Below the pieces are notes generated by a model that was not told the DNA's origin, searched no databases, and saw only the letters and a program-made list of their open reading frames with translations. A stretch of DNA of 63,473 nucleotides, the filler included, from Octopus bimaculoides (Eukaryota): NCBI RefSeq assembly GCF_001194135.2. It is 5 parts of 5 records of this genome, joined end to end, with 100 filler letters (N's around TTAATTAATTAA, not from the genome) between each part and the next. Parts side by side here need not be neighbours in the genome. Positions count along the whole stretch, not along the records: positions 58,964 to 63,473 come from NC_068982.1; 4 more parts are not named here. One strand, 5' to 3'. The stretch's first letter is position 1, and each line of letters starts with the position of its first letter. Positions 63,414 to 63,473 of this stretch are shown piece after piece. Both the position numbers and the translations under genes were made by a program.

Positions 63414-63473
63414 AATGATGATGATGCTGCTGCTGAGGATGATGATGATGATGATAGTGATGGTGATGCTGAT
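62780..63473. repeat. Degenerate (GAT)/(GGT)/(GTT) trinucleotide low-complexity tract
   Basis: Direct inspection. Confidence 0.85.

Overview
Repeat-dense, gappy (many N runs) AT-rich animal genomic DNA. The SINE and LINE families and the density of (AT)n, (GT)n, (AG)n, (ATC)n and (AAT)n microsatellites suggest an octopus assembly; this is inferred from recall, not from a search. I cannot support any intact host protein-coding gene, tRNA, rRNA or CRISPR array, and almost all ORF-track entries are gap-spanning or simple-repeat artefacts. Decayed mobile elements are well supported: a near full-length RTE/BovB-like LINE (6.5-9.8 kb); other RTE fragments; fragments of L1/Tx1, R4/Dong-like, CRE-like and Penelope-like retroelements; a full-length Chapaev3-like (CMC) DNA transposon; two Tc1/mariner deletion derivatives and MITEs; a hAT remnant; a Merlin (IS1595-like) transposon with TIRs and an exact 8-bp TSD enclosing a rearranged Gypsy gag-protease fragment; and many tRNA-headed SINEs. 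Three signals go beyond routine TE annotation. (1) A set of minimal hammerhead-ribozyme motifs, including two copies of an atypical CUGUUGA-core variant, plus long palindromes that may be Penelope-derived. (2) The Merlin/Gypsy composite, with an apparently duplicated N-terminal zinc-binding region. (3) A CpG-decayed domain at about 24-44 kb, visible by comparing sister TE copies inside and outside it, which suggests germline gene-body methylation around an unrecognised transcription unit.
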